This document shows positions 15,946-21,236 of a DNA stretch of 21,236 nt, piece after piece; the first letter of the stretch is position 1, and each line of letters begins with the position of its first letter. Source of the DNA: Chthoniobacteraceae bacterium (GTDB lineage Bacteria; Verrucomicrobiota; Verrucomicrobiia; Chthoniobacterales; Chthoniobacteraceae); NCBI GenBank assembly GCA_031409335.1, contig JANNWY010000275.1:1-21236 (forward strand). Reading direction: 5' to 3'. The position numbers and the translations under genes were made by a program. The notes beneath the pieces were generated by a model. That model had not been told where the DNA came from. It was given only the letters and a program-made list of their open reading frames with translations, and made no database searches.

Positions 15946-18095
15946 AGGCCGTAGCGCTGTTGGAGCAGTTGATCGAGCTTGCGCAGCCACTGTCGCAGCA
16001 GCGGTTCCGGTGGAAGCTCGAAGCGGATTCTCCCGGAGCGGCCATCCATCAGCGTGACGCCCGACGTCGCACCGACCGCAGCGCGCATCTCGAAGAATGG
16101 TTCGCGCGCTGTCAGCCCCGAGGCGTCGGTGGAAGCCACCGCCACTTCACCGCCGGATCGCCAGCCGAGCGCCGCGGAAGGCAGCGTTTTTCGATCCGCG
16201 GGAATGACCTTCCGCGCATTGACCGGGAGCGCCACCCCCGCCCGGCCAAACAACCGCACTTCCCCCGAGCGAATCTCGCCCGCAAACAGCCGCGATGCTT
16301 CCTCCTGCGAAATGATCGCGCAAAATTGGAACGCGCGCGGATTGGCGACTTCGCCTAGCATTTTCCCGCGAGCCAGCCAGGAGCCTTCATAGTCCTCGAC
16401 CTCCCGCTCGATCCAAATGCCGTCGTGAGGCGCGCGGATCACGAGATTCTCCTGCTCCTTTAGCAATTTCGCCCGGCGTTTCTCGATCGCCACGATCCGG
16501 CTTTCGATCGGCTCAAGATCCGAAATCGCCTCCTGCTCTGCCTGAGCGCGCCGTGCCATGGCCTCATCGAATTCCGCCTGTGCCGATTGCAGATTGAGCT
16601 CCAGTTCGTAATTCGACAGCCGCACGAGCGGATCGCCCAATCGAACCGTCTGACCTGGCTTCGCGACGATCTCCTCCAGTCGTCCCGGCGTCTCCGCACT
16701 GATGATCCGGTGTTCGACCGATTCGAGAATTCCCGGCGCGCGAAAGCGGCTTGGTGCCGGCACAATTCCAAGACCGATGAAGATTAGCCCCAGACCAAGC
16801 ACGGACACCAAAACCGCGCGTCCCCGCTGCCGGCCGAGACGCGGACTGGTCGCAAGATACTTCGCCAGCCGCACGATCGGCACGACCAGCCACGAAGCGG
16901 CACAAACGATCGCCATGATTACGCCGAGAATAAGAAAGCTATCCGAGAGAAGCAGGACGATCGCCGCGAAAACGAAGATCCGGTAAATGTTGCTAGTCAG
17001 TCCATAAAACGTCAGCCACGCTGCTTCGCGAAGGGTCCACGACTGGCTCCGTGCCTGCGTGCAACCAAACAAGTAACGCTCCGCCAGATAGGTGAGTTGC
17101 CGTGTCGCACGCTGTTGAAGATTCGGAATATCCAGCAGGTCCGAGAAGATATAGTAGCCATCGAAGCGCAGGAGCGGATTGACGTTAAAAACAACCGTCG
17201 AGACCGATGCCACTAAGATGACATTATAAGCGAGGCCATTGATCGTGCCCGGTCCCGTATAGGCCCAGACGACCGCAGCGATGGCGGCGACGAACAGTTC
17301 CGCGATCATTCCAGCCGCTCCGACAAACGCGCGTTTCCACCGACTTCGAAAAGCCCATGAAGACGTCGTGTCCACATAAGGCACCGGCGTGAAAATCATC
17401 AGCATCAAACCCATGACATGCACTTCGCCACCCAGCCGCCGGCACACACACGCGTGCCCAAATTCATGCAGCGCCTTCACCACAACGAAACTCAGGTAAA
17501 GCAATGCTATATTCCCGGGCGCAAGCATAGCCTGACTCTGATCCCTAAACGTGGGTGCATGGTCGATGACCATCTTAAGGCCGAAGACCACGACACCCAG
17601 CCAGATGATCGCACCCACCGGACTGATCACGCGGCGCAACAGCGGCAGAATCGACTTTAAGAACGCATCCGGATCGAGGAGCGGAATCCGCGAATACATT
17701 ACGTTCATCCATCGCGAACGGGTTTCCTGCTCGCGCCGTTTCCTGTATCGCTCGAAGATCTTTTCGCCGTCTGGCGGTAGATTGGAATGCAATAGGTTGC
17801 TCGCGTTCAACTGAGCCAGAAGGCGGATCACGTCTTCCTGCCCAGGCGCATCCTCCGGGTGAGCCTGCACACACTCATGCCACACGGATTCCACCGTGCG
17901 ATTCGACCTTAGTCGGGCGACGAACTCATAGGCTGCCGGCTGTAGTCGGAAGAACTGATTATTGAAGGCATCGTGCAGCACATAACAACGCTCGCCGCGG
18001 AAGTATTGCCGCTGCACCTGCACATGCGGTCGCAAAGCCACGCAATGGTCGGCGACCCGGTACCACGATTCGCTAAAGGTCGTCGCTTCACTCAT
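15942..18095 (-). CDS. PqqD-like N-terminal domain + site-2-protease (M50) membrane metallopeptidase + C-terminal HlyD-like adaptor domain (717 aa)
   Basis: HEFGH zinc motif (17454-17468) and NVNPLLRFDGYY (NxxPxxxxDG) lie among several hydrophobic TM segments. The C-terminal part has lipoyl-like hairpin halves (ISAETPGRLEEIVAKPGQTVRLGDPLVRL ... LVIRAPHDGIW) around a coiled coil. The N-terminal ~100 aa show a PqqD/RRE-like beta3-alpha3 pattern. Confidence 0.88.
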   Translation of the reverse strand: MSEATTFSESWYRVADHCVALRPHVQVQRQYFRGERCYVLHDAFNNQFFRLQPAAYEFVARLRSNRTVESVWHECVQAHPEDAPGQEDVIRLLAQLNASNLLHSNLPPDGEKIFERYRKRREQETRSRWMNVMYSRIPLLDPDAFLKSILPLLRRVISPVGAIIWLGVVVFGLKMVIDHAPTFRDQSQAMLAPGNIALLYLSFVVVKALHEFGHACVCRRLGGEVHVMGLMLMIFTPVPYVDTTSSWAFRSRWKRAFVGAAGMIAELFVAAIAAVVWAYTGPGTINGLAYNVILVASVSTVVFNVNPLLRFDGYYIFSDLLDIPNLQQRATRQLTYLAERYLFGCTQARSQSWTLREAAWLTFYGLTSNIYRIFVFAAIVLLLSDSFLILGVIMAIVCAASWLVVPIVRLAKYLATSPRLGRQRGRAVLVSVLGLGLIFIGLGIVPAPSRFRAPGILESVEHRIISAETPGRLEEIVAKPGQTVRLGDPLVRLSNYELELNLQSAQAEFDEAMARRAQAEQEAISDLEPIESRIVAIEKRRAKLLKEQENLVIRAPHDGIWIEREVEDYEGSWLARGKMLGEVANPRAFQFCAIISQEEASRLFAGEIRSGEVRLFGRAGVALPVNARKVIPADRKTLPSAALGWRSGGEVAVASTDASGLTAREPFFEMRAAVGATSGVTLMDGRSGRIRFELPPEPLLRQWLRKLDQLLQQRYGL

Positions 18096-18098
18096 AGC

Positions 18099-19961
18099 CT
18101 ACCACCAGAAATACATGCGCAGGAAATCCATCGTCCTATGAGTTACCACCCACAATAGACTACGCTTACCCACTTCCAACTTTGCCACCCCGCTCATGCC
18201 CGGTCGCATCCACGGCTGAGGGGGGCCCTCAAAGTCACATCGGGCGATATAGATGTTGGCGTTATCCTTCGCTTGAGCCGCTGGCTCCACGGACCGGATG
18301 TGAACCGGAAAGGTTAGCTTAGGCAGGCTGGCAAACGCGATCTCACCCCGGCCACCTTCCCGGACATCCTCCACGTCACGTTCATTGACCTCGCACTCCA
18401 CATAGACACGATCTGTGCGCGCAATCTTAAAAAGCACATCCCCCTGCTTCACCGGCGCACCGATGCGTTTGCGCAAATCTCCCTCGACCACCGCTCCAAT
18501 GAACGGCGCAAGGAGTGTCGCCTGATTTCGATGAAACCGCAGCAAGTCCAGCTTCACCCGCACCTGTTCCGCTTGCGCCTCCGCGATCCGCATATCCGCG
18601 ATCTTTTCCACGGCCCGCGCCTTTTCAATTTCCCGCAAATACCGCGCTCGATCCGCGACCGCCTCTGCTTCCCGCAATAGTAATTCCCGGGTATCGAGAG
18701 TAGCCAGCACGGCACCCTGTTCCACCCGGTCACCCACTTCCACCTTCACCTCTTCGATATAGCCATCGAAGGGAGCGGACACGAATCCGGCATCCTGCGT
18801 CCGCAGGGAAAAGGGCGCTTCCACACGGTAGTTCCAGTGCCCGAAAATCAGCACTCCCAGTGCAATAGTCGTCAGCACACCCACTAACTTTGCACCCGTA
18901 TGCTCCGGCCCCGCCAGCCACTTCACCCGCTCCCGCGCCACCGTCGCCCAGCGTGCGCCAAACCAGCGATCACTGCGTTTCAGATCCGCCAGACGCCGCA
19001 TCGCCATTTCCCCGCAGAGCGCCAGGAGGCGAAGCTCTACTTCATTAAAAGCATACTTGTCCCGCTCGCAGGTCAGCACCGCGACCGGCTCCCCGTCCAC
19101 CCGCAACGGCAACGAGCACACAAATGCCACCCGGTGCGCCTCGGCCAGCCGGCCATGATCGCGCGTCACCAAACGCTGCCGCTCCGGTTCCGGCCAGACG
19201 ATGATCTCATCCTGATCGAGCGCCTCTTCCATCGCCGCCTCCAGCGTCTTCACCGCCTCCATCTTCTTTTCAAAACGCTCGCTGTGACTCATCGCGCGCA
19301 GCCCGACATATTCATGATCGAGCCATCCCAAACTCACCCGATCACAACGATGCCGCGCCGCCAGTTCATTGCAGAAAGCCATCGCCGCCGCCATGAAACG
19401 CTCGTGCGCATTCACCTGCGTCATCAAGTCCAGCACCGACGCGAAATGCGAGACCGCCGTCTCCGAGCGGGTCGCCTGCATTTGCAGCCGATGAATCGCC
19501 GGCAGATGCGAGAGCAGCCTCAGATGGCGAAGTGATTCCTCCGCAGAAGCCGATGTAACGCCAGTCAGGAGAAACGCCGCGACCCAAGCTTCAGACTGCT
19601 GATCCATGACCAACCGCACGGCCAGAAAAAAATCACCCACCGCCGCCGTGCCCGCCTGAACACCGCGGCAGACCCCACCATGCTGCACCGCCGCTTCCGC
19701 CAAATCGCCAGCCACACGGGCAAAACTCTCAGCCGCTCCCTTGGCGGCGGAATCGGAAGGCCAGCTCATTACCTGCTTCCATCCGGGCGACTCCTTCGGC
19801 CCTTCACACAGCAGCACAGCGAGGCGGGCCTCCACCACGTTCGTCAAGATGGACAAACACGTCTCCCAGAAACTCTTGGGCGATCCCGCCAAGTCAGGCA
19901 AACGTTCAAGGGCAGACAGAGCTTCCGCAAAACGGTCAGGATGGCTGAGTTTGTTCGACAT
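18099..19961 (-). CDS. GAF-domain-containing HlyD-family membrane fusion (periplasmic adaptor) protein (~620 aa)
   Basis: Likely true start is ATG 19961 (MSNKLSHPDRFAEALSALERL...). GAF-like region (CDRVSLGW...AFVCSLPLRVDGEPVAVLTCER), one TM segment (LVGVLTTIALGVLIFG), then MFP hairpin VSAPFDGYIEEVKVEVGDRVEQGAVLATLD...coiled coil...LLAPFIGAVV, and MRPGMSGVAKL. The stop lies 3 nt before the next ATG. Confidence 0.87.
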   Translation of the reverse strand: MSNKLSHPDRFAEALSALERLPDLAGSPKSFWETCLSILTNVVEARLAVLLCEGPKESPGWKQVMSWPSDSAAKGAAESFARVAGDLAEAAVQHGGVCRGVQAGTAAVGDFFLAVRLVMDQQSEAWVAAFLLTGVTSASAEESLRHLRLLSHLPAIHRLQMQATRSETAVSHFASVLDLMTQVNAHERFMAAAMAFCNELAARHRCDRVSLGWLDHEYVGLRAMSHSERFEKKMEAVKTLEAAMEEALDQDEIIVWPEPERQRLVTRDHGRLAEAHRVAFVCSLPLRVDGEPVAVLTCERDKYAFNEVELRLLALCGEMAMRRLADLKRSDRWFGARWATVARERVKWLAGPEHTGAKLVGVLTTIALGVLIFGHWNYRVEAPFSLRTQDAGFVSAPFDGYIEEVKVEVGDRVEQGAVLATLDTRELLLREAEAVADRARYLREIEKARAVEKIADMRIAEAQAEQVRVKLDLLRFHRNQATLLAPFIGAVVEGDLRKRIGAPVKQGDVLFKIARTDRVYVECEVNERDVEDVREGGRGEIAFASLPKLTFPVHIRSVEPAAQAKDNANIYIARCDFEGPPQPWMRPGMSGVAKLEVGKRSLLWVVTHRTMDFLRMYFWW

Positions 19962-20142
19962 TCGGTGAGGGGAACTGAATCGCGACTGAGGTCTCTCGCG
20001 AGGGAAAAGTGCGAAGCACACCAAAGCAACACCGGATGACGGCGTATTGTCACAGTAAAACCGCCAGACCCACTTTTTCCCTTCACGTTTTCTGAAAGCC
20101 AACTTCATCCCTCTGCACGCCGATGGTAGTCGGAGGCTGAGA

Positions 20143-20170
20143 TTCACTCGCTTCGCCGATCGTGTATAAT
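20143..20170 (+). promoter_or_regulatory. Putative sigma70-type promoter for the VirD4-like gene
   Basis: TTCACT (20143-20148), 16-nt spacer, perfect TATAAT (20165-20170), in the divergent intergenic region about 190 nt upstream of the ATG. Confidence 0.4.
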
Positions 20171-20357
20171 TGAGTGGTTCAGACCGTCGGGCATCGCAGC
20201 CAGCCCCCATTACCTCATCCGCTCGCCCTCGTGCGTTTTGCGGGTGGAGTTTTCTCTCGTTGAAACGCCGCTTCGCGTCGGCTGAATCTGACACGGGCAG
20301 CCGGCGCGAATCACCAGCGCGCGTTTCGGCGAAGGAGTGGCGGCTGGCTACGGCATC

Positions 20358-21236
20358 ATGGACGACAATTTTTCTTACATCGGCACACAGGAAATCTGGG
20401 GCGGCGAGAAGGCCGTTGGTCTTTCGCATTCCGACCGTCGCCAGCATCTCTACCTCATCGGGAAAACGGGCACGGGAAAAACGACGCTGCTTCGCAACCT
20501 GATCGTCCAGCATCTCGCCGCCGGGCACGGCATCGGGTTGATTGATCCGCACGGGGATCTCGCGGAGGAACTGCTCGACTGCATCCCGCCGCATCGCGCC
20601 GACGATCTCGTCTATTTTCATCCGGGCGATCTCGACTTCCCCATCGGCCTCAATCTCCTCGCCAATGTTGCGCCCGACGACCGGCATCTCGTTGCCAGCG
20701 GGATCGTCGGCGCGTTCAAAAGCATTTGGCGCGACTCGTGGGGCCCGCGCCTCGAATACATCCTCTACAACGCCGTCGCCGCGCTGCTCGATTGCCCGAA
20801 TACTTCCCTGCTCGGCGTGAACCGCATGCTCACCGACGCCGACTATCGCCGCCGCATCGTGGCGAAAGTGCGCGACCCATTCGTGCGCGCTTTCTGGACT
20901 GACGAATTCGAGAACTACGACGCGCGCTTCCAACGCGAAGCCATCGCGCCGATTCAGAACAAGCTCGGCCAGTTCCTGCTCAATCCCGTGGTCCGCAACA
21001 TCCTCGGCCAGGTGCGCGCGAAAGTGAGCCTGCCCTTCATGATGAACACGGGCCGCATCTTCATCGCCAATCTCTCCAAAGGCCGGCTCGGTGCAGACAA
21101 GGCCAACCTGCTCGGCAGCCTGCTCACCACGCAGTTCCAGCTCGGCGCGATGGCCCGCGTGAACCAGCCCGAGTCCGAGCGCCGCGACTTCTTTCTCTTC
21201 ATCGACGAATTTCACAATTTCACCACCGATGCCTTC
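20358..21236 (+). CDS. VirD4/TrwB/TraD(HerA-FtsK)-family coupling-protein-like ATPase, partial (runs off window)
   Basis: MDDNFSYIGTQEIWGGEKAVGLSHSDRRQHLYLIGKTGTGKTTLL (Walker A 20460-20483), IGLIDPHGDL, WGPRLEYIL, AIAPIQNKLGQF, IFIANLSKGRLG, FFLFIDEFHNFTT (Walker B about 21198-21221). Open for 293 codons to the edge and not in the ORF track. Confidence 0.9.
   Translation, partial: MDDNFSYIGTQEIWGGEKAVGLSHSDRRQHLYLIGKTGTGKTTLLRNLIVQHLAAGHGIGLIDPHGDLAEELLDCIPPHRADDLVYFHPGDLDFPIGLNLLANVAPDDRHLVASGIVGAFKSIWRDSWGPRLEYILYNAVAALLDCPNTSLLGVNRMLTDADYRRRIVAKVRDPFVRAFWTDEFENYDARFQREAIAPIQNKLGQFLLNPVVRNILGQVRAKVSLPFMMNTGRIFIANLSKGRLGADKANLLGSLLTTQFQLGAMARVNQPESERRDFFLFIDEFHNFTTDAF

Noticed and set aside
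15946..15990. Track start of the SecA-like ORF at 15990
   Set aside because: It would overlap the M50 gene by 49 nt. The in-frame GTG at 15945 gives a standard 4-nt GTGA coupling.
20332..20339. AAGGAG as ribosome-binding site, or in-frame GTG 20337 as start of the VirD4-like gene
   Set aside because: The motif overlaps the GTG and is 20 nt from the ATG, so the spacing fits neither start.
14059..20820. Small ORFs overlapping the SecA, M50, MFP and VirD4-like genes (e.g. 14059..14835, 14926..15441, 18900..19535, 20170..20502, 20542..20820)
   Set aside because: They overlap well-supported genes largely or entirely, in another frame or strand, and have no motifs.
19962..21215. N-terminal ~418-aa extension of the tracked 1038-aa minus ORF (18099..21215)
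   Set aside because: 20358-21215 is the in-register antisense of the VirD4-like gene, which has clear Walker motifs, and the rest crosses the promoter-containing intergenic region. Recognisable GAF-MFP sequence starts at ATG 19961.
1..21236. CRISPR array, tRNA/rRNA, IS element or small RiPP precursor
   Set aside because: Repeats are protein-level and degenerate in DNA. By eye I found no identical spaced repeats, cloverleaf, transposase or short precursor ORF, and both intergenic gaps are short.

Overview
GC-rich bacterial window, probably from a PVC-type organism (Verrucomicrobia/Planctomycetes; inferred from gene content). Most of it is one minus-strand operon: a GAF + HlyD-type membrane-fusion protein (19961-18099), a PqqD-like/M50 metallopeptidase/HlyD-like fusion (18095-15942), a short secondary SecA-like ATPase (15945-13957), and a giant surface protein gene starting at 13812. 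The giant gene stays open for 4604 codons to the window edge and is missing from the ORF track because it has no stop inside the window. Its protein has an N-terminal LEPR-XLL leader, then RTX Ca-binding blocks, then several kb of leukotoxin/filamentous-adhesin-like Gly/Ala/Val/Ser repeats. Small domains are inserted into loops, sometimes nested inside each other. The operon looks like a non-canonical type I-like export system with no ABC transporter in the window; a truncated SecA and an RRE-bearing intramembrane protease may recognise, process and export the giant substrate. A divergent VirD4/TrwB/HerA-type ATPase gene starts at 20358 (+) and runs off the right edge; it is also absent from the track. 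Nearly all other tracked ORFs are antisense or off-frame shadows. Translations were read by hand and family names are recognised from motifs, not from database searches.
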